From: an uncultured Planctomycetota bacterium
GTDB lineage: Bacteria; Planctomycetota; Planctomycetia; Planctomycetales; Planctomycetaceae
Length of the DNA stretch: 32,000 nucleotides
Direction of reading: 5' to 3'
Assembly: GCA_947085455.1 (NCBI GenBank)
Contig: CAMTWR010000043.1
Coordinates: 71,569-103,568 of the forward strand
The notes under the pieces: model-generated
The model's input: only the letters and a program-made list of their open reading frames with translations
What the model was told of the DNA's origin: nothing
Databases searched by the model: none
Part shown: positions 17,790-26,157 of the stretch, in pieces
Layout of the letters: each line of letters opens with the position of its first letter
Position numbering within the stretch: position 1 is the first letter of the stretch
Position numbers and translations under genes: made by a program

Positions 17790-18870
17790 TCAGCTTTCAT
17801 CGCTCGGCTTCACTGTGGCTTTCTTCATCATTGCCGACAACTTCTCAACCGCTTCTTTCTGAGCATTCTGCAGCAAATGCGAGTAAGTGTTGGCCGTTGT
17901 CGCGATGTCGCGATGTCCGAGCCGCTTTTGGATTACCTTGAGATCCACGCCCGCCGCCAGCATCAAACTAGCCTGCGTGTGTCTCAGATCGTGGAAGACG
18001 AACGTATCCGGGATTCCGGCCGCTTTCCTGATTGGATACCAAACACGCCGATCGAAGTTTGAGCCCCGGAGATATCCACCGCGTTCATTGCCGAACACGA
18101 TTGGAATGTCCTCAGGTTCGAAACCTTCCTCTCTGGCTTTCTTCAGCCTGCTCCTGAGAGCCTTAATTGCTTCAGCATCCAGAGCCACCACACGCAGCCC
18201 TGCCGATGTTTTCGGGTCTTTCACCTTCAATCCGCCGCTGAGTTCTTCCAGAGCGCTACGTACAGCCAGAACGCCCTCGTCTAGATTGACAGCGTTCCAG
18301 TGGAGTGCGAACAATTCGCCCTTCCTGAGACCTGTCATCGCCGCCAGGATGATCAGATCACCGAGCCGGTGAGATTCGCACGCCGCGAACAACTTTGCAC
18401 ACTGTTCTGGCTCCAATGGCGTTACTTCTTCCCGGCCAACCTTTGGCTTGTCCAATGCCGCGCACGGATTGTAGGGCAGCAGCCTAAGTTTCACGGCCTG
18501 ATTGAGTGCAGCCCGCAGAATCTTGATCGTCCGGAACCTGATTTCAGCGCTGATACCCTTCCGAGCCATCTTTGCCTGCCAGGTTACCAGTTGATCGCCA
18601 TCCAACTTAGACAGCTTTAAATGCCTGATGTTTGGCGTGATGTAGAGTTTCACGATGCCGCCATATTCCTGACGGGGCTTTCCAGCTCTGTTGAAGTGCA
18701 ATATGATCATCCAGCCACCGCTGGAGATACCCCGCGACCGTATCCTTGCCCACAACCGACTTGGCGTTCGTATCTCGCTGCTGTCTCAGGTTCTTCAGCT
18801 TCACAACGACTTCGGCCTGAGAGCCAATGATTCGAACGCGAAGTGAGGTGCTGCCGGTTTCAGGGACAGG
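17790..18870 (-). pseudogene. Tyrosine recombinase/integrase, frameshifted and 5'-truncated
   Basis: The catalytic domain is intact in frame B (GLRKGE, HDLRHT, GHRDIATTANTYSH give R..HxxR..H..Y). The N-terminal SAM-like domain (TVAGYLQRWLDDHIAL) is in another frame, with the switch at about 18680-18695. That upstream frame runs back to a stop at 18871-18873 without an ATG, so no full-length start remains (GTG at 18804 is the only candidate start codon). Confidence 0.75.
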
Positions 18871-18874
18871 TTAA

Positions 18875-19025
18875 TCTCTTATTCTGAGCCACAGAAAGGA
18901 CCCGGTAGATGGCTCGGAAGAAGACAGTATCGAAGTCAAGAGACACACGTCGGCGTTACACAGATGAGTTCAAGGAGGAAGCCGTGCAGATGATGCTGGC
19001 TGGTCACACTGCGCTATCGGTCATG
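18875..19025 (+). mobile_element. IS3-family remnant (putative left end plus the first ~38 codons of orfA)
   Basis: MARKKTVSKSRDTRRRYTDEFKEEAVQMMLAGHTALSV matches the RRYTxEFKxEAV HTH N-terminus of IS3 OrfA, and similarity is lost after about 19022. TGAGCC... at 18875 is a plausible TG-type terminus. No orfB is present. Confidence 0.55.
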
Positions 19026-19616
19026 GAGCCGCTGTTTTTCCGACCTCTGGAGCCATGTTGCGGAACTTTATTTTGCTGGTGCCCGCATTGCTGCCAGAGT
19101 CGACTGAACATGTGCAGACAGGCAACTGGGATTCTCTTGGAACTTGAGAGGTCCTGTCGTTTCCTCAGTGCGATTCCGGCTGCAGAACCGGGTTACCAAC
19201 CCCAGACGCTGGCGGCGCACTCGTCCGCCAGAGAGCGAACTTAACGCGTGCACGTTGAGGAACTACCACGCGAAGGTACCTAAGTGCAGTGCAATGGGCC
19301 GTACAAATCGATACCTCACGAACGATCCTCGCAAAACGGGTAGGGCTACACACTCGTTTGAGTTCTGTCTTGTCATGCCTTCAGCTCTCGCAGCCCCCCG
19401 AAGCGGCAAATTGCCGGTTTACATCTGCTTGTACAGTGCTCGCCGCCGTCGGCCAGAGCTCCCAAAAAACACAAATCAGACCCCCACCGCCTTCAGCTGG
19501 GAGCATGATCATGGTTATCGAAGGTGGCTTGCTGATGGGCTGGAACCCCGCGGAGCCGGAAACGGCTGCTGCACTCAGGACATGCACACTTTATAGTGGT
19601 TTGACATGAAGCAGTT

Positions 19617-20024
19617 TCATGCGGACGCCGCGATCACTTCCAGGTTCAACGAACTTTCATCTGTAGTCGAGTTCACTGCGCCGCTTGAACCAGCACCGCC
19701 GACTTGGCGTATCAAATTGATGTCGCGTCGGCGGTCGGACCGGAGCAATTTGTCTTCGCCACCAACGGCAGTGACGACCTGCTTGACTACCGCTGTCGGG
19801 TCGGGGTCGGAAGCGGAAGCGGAAGCGGACAAGAAGGAAATGTATGCCAGGCGATTGCGCGCCACATCCTTATCCGAAGAACCGCAGGTGGGCGTGACCG
19901 GACCAATGTCGTTCTTGCTCCTTGCCAAAAAATCGTCCGGAATCTGCGAATCATTGTCCGCCGTTGGAAAGTCGTTCAATTCAAGTGTCCCGTTCATCAC
20001 AAATTCATGAGTAGTCAGTGCCAT
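19617..20024 (-). CDS. Hypothetical protein (weak call)
   Basis: A 135-aa ORF with a plausible N-terminal half, but no SD and no motifs. Two plus-strand ORFs of similar size overlap it, and it contains a microsatellite-encoded SASASASDPDP stretch. Confidence 0.25.
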   Translation of the reverse strand: MALTTHEFVMNGTLELNDFPTADNDSQIPDDFLARSKNDIGPVTPTCGSSDKDVARNRLAYISFLSASASASDPDPTAVVKQVVTAVGGEDKLLRSDRRRDINLIRQVGGAGSSGAVNSTTDESSLNLEVIAASA

Positions 20025-20097
20025 TGCAACGTGGAGCGATTTGCGTCTGCAGCGGCTTTTTTTTCAAGCGAGTATCGCGATATCGGAATGCGGGAGT

Positions 20098-20331
20098 ATG
20101 ACAAAACAGACACATGATTCAGGTTTTTTTCAGCGGGTTCATCGTGGGCATTTCGAGAATTTTTGCAGAAAACTGACGGCAGCAGAGAGCCATGTTCAAC
20201 TGGAGAAAATTATTTCGACTATTGATGTCGCGGTCACTCGAAAAATGATCGACTCCAGCGATCACGAATCGTTGATGGAGTTGATTCAGCGCCGCAGGCA
20301 GGAACTCAACAAAGCAGACCCCGCGAAATAA
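20098..20331 (+). CDS. Small hypothetical helical protein (77 aa)
   Basis: ATG 20098 is directly preceded by GGGAG. The sequence is charged and helical-looking (…HESLMELIQRRRQELNK) and ends in tandem stops taataa. No recognisable motif. Confidence 0.4.
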   Translation: MTKQTHDSGFFQRVHRGHFENFCRKLTAAESHVQLEKIISTIDVAVTRKMIDSSDHESLMELIQRRRQELNKADPAK

Positions 20332-20402
20332 TAATTCAGTGCTTTCTGCGGCGGAGAACAGCACATTGTGACCCAGGCTCTCAGAATGAGCCTTATACTC
20401 CA

Positions 20403-20927
20403 TCATACCCAGTCTTTACGACCGAACGCCAGGTACTGCAGAAGAATTGGAAGCTCATAAACTGCCAACAACACGAACAACGTTCGTCCTTTCTTGTGCG
20501 TTTGATCAAACGCTGACATGTCGTGATGGAGTGAGTAGCGGCGATGGCTCAGCAGTTGCACTCGATGCCACGCTGGAATCATGATCAGATGCAACCAGAA
20601 GGGAATTCCCGGTGTCGCAACAGCCGCCGCGATTAATAACATCGAAGACAGGAATGTGGGCAGAAACACCGGAATCGGAATATTCCGCAGGAGCACTCCA
20701 AAGTAGGGGACGAATAGCATCGTCAGCACACAGCATTGAATCGTGGGCGTTATCTCCGGCAACAAGCTTCTGACGGCGATCGCGGCCAGCGAGCACAGAG
20801 AGAAATAAACGCCATAGACGGCAATGATGTGCCAAACGTTGATTCCAAACTGACCGTGGCGACACAGATGTCTCTGATACAGTTCGTCGAAATTGATACG
20901 CAGGATGTTCACTTTCTTTTTCTCCAT
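20403..20927 (-). CDS. Small integral membrane protein (about 4 TM), possibly DUF962/Mpo1-like
   Basis: Has four hydrophobic segments. The N-terminal YQRHLCRHGQFGINVWHII loosely recalls the Y..H....N...H signature of DUF962. It overlaps the upstream aminotransferase gene by 19 nt, suggesting operon coupling. Confidence 0.5.
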   Translation of the reverse strand: MEKKKVNILRINFDELYQRHLCRHGQFGINVWHIIAVYGVYFSLCSLAAIAVRSLLPEITPTIQCCVLTMLFVPYFGVLLRNIPIPVFLPTFLSSMLLIAAAVATPGIPFWLHLIMIPAWHRVQLLSHRRYSLHHDMSAFDQTHKKGRTLFVLLAVYELPILLQYLAFGRKDWV

Positions 20928-23059
20928 AATGCGGTCAACGCCGTGAACAGCATTCTGGCCGTCGAGGCGCGTAGCGTGTCGGCGATCGTCCTGCTTACAG
21001 CCGTTACTTCATCCTCGGTCACGGTGAGAGGTGGAGTAAACTTCAGAATATGCGGTTCGTACTGACAGAATCCCATCAACACCGGGCAGTTGGTGTGGTT
21101 CATCATCTGCAGCAGGTACAACTGAGCAGCATTCAGGCCCAATCGCTGAATAAGACTGCTCTGGCAATTTAATTCAATCCCAATCAGGAGTCCGTAACAG
21201 CGTATGTCCCTGACCAGAGAAACTCCTTTCAATTGCCGCACCAGCTCGTCGCGAAACTGCTGTCCCGCGACGGTCACCTGTTGCGAAACATCCTCGTGAT
21301 CTGCTCGCCGCAAACTATTCAGCAGGGCGCGATATCCGAGTTCATACGAGTACTTGTTGCGCAGGTCGGAGATCAGTGTTGATTGTCCGGATCTCAATCG
21401 CGACTCGATGCTGTCCGAGTACAGTGTCATCGCGAACGGGAACATCATATCGCTGACCCCTTTACCGATGGTCAGCAGATCCGGTTGGATCGATTTTTGT
21501 AATGACCTGACGAAGGGACCGGTGCGAAACATGCCCGTCTGAATCTCATCCACGAATAAAAATGCACCCGTCCGTTGCCGGATCTCCTCGATGCAATCAA
21601 GCAGAGAATCCGGAATTTCACGGACACCGCCCACGCCCTGAATCAGCTCCAACTGAATGACGGCGATGGGCGTTGTGGAAGCGATCTGTTCCAGTTGCGT
21701 AGCCGCGTCGTCTGCGAACGGATTCAGATAAACGACGTTAGCATACAAGGGATCAATATTTGTTCGGTAGTAGTTCTTTGCGGTGCCGGACAAGGCCAGA
21801 AGTGTCTTGCCACCAAACCCGCCGTGAAACGCCACAATCAATGACCGCGAAGGCTGAGCAGCCAGCGCCAACTTGATTGCATGTTCAGCAGCGGCTGCCC
21901 CACTGACGGCCGGTACGTGATGCGGCAGTCCGGTGAGAGTGGTTAGTCGCTGCTCGACTTCTCCGCGGATATCTTCGACAGCATCCATCTCCTTGATTTC
22001 TTTGGCCCAGTCCGCGGGATTGTGTCCTCGCAGACTGCAGGCTACGCCTCCGACTCCGTCAAACACAAGTTTGTTTCCGACGCGGACATAGTGGCCGGAT
22101 GCGGTCACGTCTTCCTGATCATAGCCTGCGAGCGAGATAACCTTTGCGAGTGATGAACTGAACAGATCTCGAAAAGTGCTGTACAATAGGTCGTGGTCAA
22201 CAAGTAACGGCTTCACTGCCTGCTGAAGTTGCGTGTAGAAAGCTTCAGAATGTTCCTGAAGGCACTTCAGAAAGTGCATTGTGGAGACAGTATTTGGTTG
22301 AAATGTTGTGGAATGAAAATTCGTCATGCCTTTCACAGTCCACTGTGCGGCAATCTCGCGGCGAGCCGTGAAGGCTCCGAAGGGAACCTGGCGTCGGGTG
22401 AATGATTCATCAAACACCACGATGTCGGGAACCAGCCCGCTTTTGGGCAGTGTTGCATTGTGGAGGAACAGATCCTGATCCAGGCAGGCGATCATCAGAC
22501 TGTGATCGCTGCTGCAAAACCGCTGAACGGTCTGGTGGAGTTCTTTTGATCGCAGTGATTCTCTCAAGGCCTGCGGCGACAGCACCAGAATTCCGGCCGA
22601 GACCTTGTCCTGTTCCATCCGGGTTATGAACTCTGCCGTCGACAATGCGATGATCTCAGGAATGAACTGGATGCTGATGGGTTCATAGACTCCATACGCC
22701 CCATCAGGCTCAATCGTCGTCTCCGCAAAATGGCGGAAATGGCTTCCATCGTCGACCATAAAAACCCGGGTCGCAGAACTGCGATGTTCCGTGATAGACG
22801 CATCGTTCTGCGAGCGAACATTCTGAGTGTATCTAGCCAGCTTCAGGGCTCCGCTCAGAGCTTCTTCACCTGAGTTCGCCAGGAAGGAGGAGCGTCGGCT
22901 TTCCTTCTTTGACTCTGGCCAAACGTCCCACACCATTTCTGCCAGTGCGACGCAGGTCTGAGCGACGAAGGGATTCAGATACAGACGCAGCAGATTGGGA
23001 ATCTTCAGGCGAATGATCTGGTCGCATGTCTGAAGCGCTGACAGGCCGTCTGCGTTCAT
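20909..23059 (-). CDS. Tandem class-III aminotransferase: degenerate N-terminal copy plus intact C-terminal copy (716 aa)
   Basis: The C-terminal half has the full motif set: LRGHNP, SGAAAAEHAIKLA, FHGGFGGKT, ELIQGVGGV, VDEIQTGMFRTG and PDLLTIGKGVSD (PLP Lys). The N-terminal half keeps FLANSGEEALSGALKLAR, PDIVVFDESF and HSTTFQPN, but lacks the Lys and the Q-G-x-GG and DE-Q-TG motifs. Confidence 0.75.
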   Translation of the reverse strand: MNADGLSALQTCDQIIRLKIPNLLRLYLNPFVAQTCVALAEMVWDVWPESKKESRRSSFLANSGEEALSGALKLARYTQNVRSQNDASITEHRSSATRVFMVDDGSHFRHFAETTIEPDGAYGVYEPISIQFIPEIIALSTAEFITRMEQDKVSAGILVLSPQALRESLRSKELHQTVQRFCSSDHSLMIACLDQDLFLHNATLPKSGLVPDIVVFDESFTRRQVPFGAFTARREIAAQWTVKGMTNFHSTTFQPNTVSTMHFLKCLQEHSEAFYTQLQQAVKPLLVDHDLLYSTFRDLFSSSLAKVISLAGYDQEDVTASGHYVRVGNKLVFDGVGGVACSLRGHNPADWAKEIKEMDAVEDIRGEVEQRLTTLTGLPHHVPAVSGAAAAEHAIKLALAAQPSRSLIVAFHGGFGGKTLLALSGTAKNYYRTNIDPLYANVVYLNPFADDAATQLEQIASTTPIAVIQLELIQGVGGVREIPDSLLDCIEEIRQRTGAFLFVDEIQTGMFRTGPFVRSLQKSIQPDLLTIGKGVSDMMFPFAMTLYSDSIESRLRSGQSTLISDLRNKYSYELGYRALLNSLRRADHEDVSQQVTVAGQQFRDELVRQLKGVSLVRDIRCYGLLIGIELNCQSSLIQRLGLNAAQLYLLQMMNHTNCPVLMGFCQYEPHILKFTPPLTVTEDEVTAVSRTIADTLRASTARMLFTALTALWRKRK

Positions 23060-23062
23060 TTT

Positions 23063-25270
23063 TTAGAGACTCTGTTTGCCGGGGTTGAAACGGACGTTCG
23101 GAAGGTGCGTACTGATGAATCCAAGGAAGACATCTCGATTGCTCCTCGTCATAAATAAGTCAGCGGAAATGCAGCTTGCCTGCCTGCAAGCGGAGTGCGT
23201 GATGCCATCTTTCAGGATCTGACGCAGTTGAAGTTTTGAGATTGGCAATGATTTGTGCTGTTGCCAGAAGATCAGAAATTCTTCAGGCTGCAGGAATAAC
23301 TCCACGTGAAATGCAAACTTACGCACAAACCAGTGGAACAGAGTCGATGCGACTGGCGTTTCTTCGAGCCGATCCCAGACGCGGCCAATACTGTCCCGAG
23401 GCATCTTCAGTGCACCGGCTGTCGCTGGGGAGTCGACGTAATAGCGCCGAATGTCGATGGCAGAGTTGGCTGCCCGATTTTTCCGAATCTCCACATTTGA
23501 GGCGTCGGGATCTTCGAAGACTTTCAGGATGTCTTCGGCGGACGGATCGTCCACGGTCTCGTGTCTTACGGAGTACACGGACTTCGGTTTTACCAGGAGT
23601 GTCAGTCTCAGCAACAACCGATGTCGACTTGTGTCATACATCGCATCTCGAAAGAGCCTGTCCCCTCGCCGCGCGAAGATAAACTGTTCGGATTCTCCAT
23701 CGTACAGCAGGACATCTTCGATGGTGTCGCCCAGAGTCGACACCTGACTTCCGGAACCATGCACCGGAACAAAGAACAATGTTCCCATACTGATCCACGA
23801 GTAGTTCGGAACAACGTAGAACTCACGATCATGCCGGTTGAGTTCCTGAATGCAGTGTTTCAGAGTCAATCCAGCATCGACTGTAAAATGAGTACGGGAA
23901 CTCGCAATATCATAGTCTGATCGGGAATTCGTTTCTCCGAGCAAACCTGACTCGCGAAGTATGGCCTCAAGGTCCAGCATCGAAGCATCTGACAGTTGCG
24001 TTTTCCCGGGCAGTCCCGTCGTCAGCACGACTGTCTTGTCAGAGAACTTCCATCCAAAATGATTCACACCGTTGTTGTATCCCGCCAACTGGATATCACG
24101 GCAGTTGTGTCGGTTGTAGAGGCTGATCATTTCTCGGACTGTGCGCGGTTTCAAAGTGTGGAAGTCAACCTGCCGTGCTGAGGGCATCAACCGAATCAGC
24201 ATGCGGATTACCACAGCAATGAACCACTGAACTCCAAGACTCCTGCACAGGATCGACAGCAGCGATTCTGCATCGTCGGCATGCTGCTCAGCGGCACGTT
24301 CGGCAAGAACTGACTGCCACGAACGCCGAACTCCAAGAATCGTCAGGTGGCGGATGCTCCGGAATCGGGAGTTCTGTCCGCTATCCGATGCTTCCTCGCA
24401 CGCAGTTGCGTGGGAAGACACAGAACTCTCGACGCGTCCGTTTTTGCTTTGAGAGGACGGTTCGATTTCTGTTGCAGACGAGGCGACGGCCTTAACATTT
24501 GGTGCCCTGCCCCGGAGCGGACTCAGAGATTCCAGCTCGGAGTTGATCGCAGAGAACAGCGTGGTTCCTGGTACGAACGTAGACGATAACTGAGGACCTG
24601 TCAGGGCAAGCAATGGACGCAGACTTTTCAGCCTACTTGTCATTGATGACGAAGGGCTACAGACATAGCCGGTCCGAATGACAACCAGTCGAGACTCCGG
24701 TGCTTTAAGCACGGCCAATGATTCGCCTGTCCCCAAAGAGACAGAATCTGATGTGGGAAGACCGGCTCCCTGAGTGTCAATTGGAGAATTCAAGCGGTCA
24801 CTAACCTGTCGGAACGATTCGCACAATTGATCAAGCAGTTCCTGCATGCCATCGCTTCGTCCGGGACACAAATGAGCATGCAACGAAGGCAGGACAATAA
24901 GGCAATTGAACGAAACCTGTGAATCGAGCTGAGACAAGCCCGAAAACAGACTCAGGACCTGATTCGTTATGCGATGGTCAAGAAAAATAACAATCTCGGC
25001 GGGGCGAAGGTCTTGTCGATGAACTCGCGGAAGAAATGAGTCTGGCGACAGCAACTCTGCTTTGCCCGCCATCGAAGCACGTCCTGGTCCGACATTCAGA
25101 GATTCAAAATAGTCGCGGGCGAGACCTTGATCACCACAGGAAACAATCAGCCGCAAACTAGTGGCAGATCGCTGCCCAGCAGTCTCAGGATCGAACCGTT
25201 CCTGCGGCGTGGCTTCCTGAGAATCAAGCAAACCAAAAGCGGAATTTGTCTCGTCCTCCGACTGTTTCAT
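23063..25270 (-). CDS. 735-aa protein: Ser-rich N-terminal half of unknown function, one hydrophobic segment, and a divergent VAO/ALO-type FAD-oxidase-like C-terminal half
   Basis: The C-terminal half shows a layout recalling PCMH-type FAD oxidases (gulonolactone/arabinonolactone oxidase, DprE1 group): KPRTVREMISLYNRHNCRDIQLAGYNNGVNH, TVDAGLTLKHCIQEL and ISMGTLFFVPVHGSGSQVSTLGDTI, ending in NVRFNPGKQSL. The canonical GHS and HWGK residues are replaced. An ATGA overlap links it to the Psd-like gene. Confidence 0.4.
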   Translation of the reverse strand: MKQSEDETNSAFGLLDSQEATPQERFDPETAGQRSATSLRLIVSCGDQGLARDYFESLNVGPGRASMAGKAELLSPDSFLPRVHRQDLRPAEIVIFLDHRITNQVLSLFSGLSQLDSQVSFNCLIVLPSLHAHLCPGRSDGMQELLDQLCESFRQVSDRLNSPIDTQGAGLPTSDSVSLGTGESLAVLKAPESRLVVIRTGYVCSPSSSMTSRLKSLRPLLALTGPQLSSTFVPGTTLFSAINSELESLSPLRGRAPNVKAVASSATEIEPSSQSKNGRVESSVSSHATACEEASDSGQNSRFRSIRHLTILGVRRSWQSVLAERAAEQHADDAESLLSILCRSLGVQWFIAVVIRMLIRLMPSARQVDFHTLKPRTVREMISLYNRHNCRDIQLAGYNNGVNHFGWKFSDKTVVLTTGLPGKTQLSDASMLDLEAILRESGLLGETNSRSDYDIASSRTHFTVDAGLTLKHCIQELNRHDREFYVVPNYSWISMGTLFFVPVHGSGSQVSTLGDTIEDVLLYDGESEQFIFARRGDRLFRDAMYDTSRHRLLLRLTLLVKPKSVYSVRHETVDDPSAEDILKVFEDPDASNVEIRKNRAANSAIDIRRYYVDSPATAGALKMPRDSIGRVWDRLEETPVASTLFHWFVRKFAFHVELFLQPEEFLIFWQQHKSLPISKLQLRQILKDGITHSACRQASCISADLFMTRSNRDVFLGFISTHLPNVRFNPGKQSL

Positions 25271-26157
25271 AAGCCCGCCTTTCCCGAGTTCGCATCGAAC
25301 AGCGGTTCACCGAAATGAATCGTCTCCTCTCGCTTGACCAGTGGTGAAAGTGTTCGGTCTCGTTCAGTCATCAGGATTACGGTTGACCCCAATTCAAACG
25401 TCGCGATCCACTCGGCGCGATCTACGGGCCGGGGCGTTTCGAGTTTGGTGACCGTTACTCGACGCGGGCTAAAGCGATGACCTGTTGGAAACGGATGTGT
25501 GATGTGACCAACACCCCAGCCTGCCACCATAATCAGCAGACATTTGCCCAGAGATGTATCGAGCTGCATAACGAGCCGCTCGTTCAATGCGAAGACAGGA
25601 AACTCGGGCCTCTGATACGGGGGATGAACAGGCAGGCGATGGCCAGGCACATGAACCAGTTGTTCCAGAACGCCATCGGCTGGCGTAAAGACACGATGAC
25701 AGTCACGTGGCGAGAGAAACAGAATGGCATAGTGCCCATCGTGGAACGGAGTCGTATTAGTCTCGGGGCACAGGGAATCGAGCGTGTAACGAATCCCTTT
25801 GATCGTCATCACCGTGCCACTTTCAATCCGACCGATGTCCTGAACGGTGCCATCAACGGGTGAGAGAAACTGGTCTGTCTGTGTTGGGATTGGCCGAAGT
25901 CCCGGCTTCACACCCCGCGTAAAAAGTTCATTGAGAGACTGAAACTGTTCCAGAGGCTTCTCCAGTTCCGTCTCATCCAGTGCTCCATATTTTCCGCCGT
26001 AGATCATCGAAAACACCTTTCGGCGCAATGCCGCTGTGGGGATGGGTGTTCGAGACAATCGCACTCCGATTGCGGCCCCGAGCATATTGAGAGTTCCACC
26101 ATGGATTCGACGAGCCTGTCGAAATTGTTCCAGTCGTATCTTCATGAAGTGCTTCAT
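25267..26157 (-). CDS. psd: Phosphatidylserine decarboxylase-family pyruvoyl enzyme
   Basis: Contains LNELFTRGVKPGLRPI, LSPVDGTV, RVFTPADG and the self-cleavage site FELGSTVIL (LGST). ATGA overlaps occur at both ends. Confidence 0.8.
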   Translation of the reverse strand: MKHFMKIRLEQFRQARRIHGGTLNMLGAAIGVRLSRTPIPTAALRRKVFSMIYGGKYGALDETELEKPLEQFQSLNELFTRGVKPGLRPIPTQTDQFLSPVDGTVQDIGRIESGTVMTIKGIRYTLDSLCPETNTTPFHDGHYAILFLSPRDCHRVFTPADGVLEQLVHVPGHRLPVHPPYQRPEFPVFALNERLVMQLDTSLGKCLLIMVAGWGVGHITHPFPTGHRFSPRRVTVTKLETPRPVDRAEWIATFELGSTVILMTERDRTLSPLVKREETIHFGEPLFDANSGKAGL

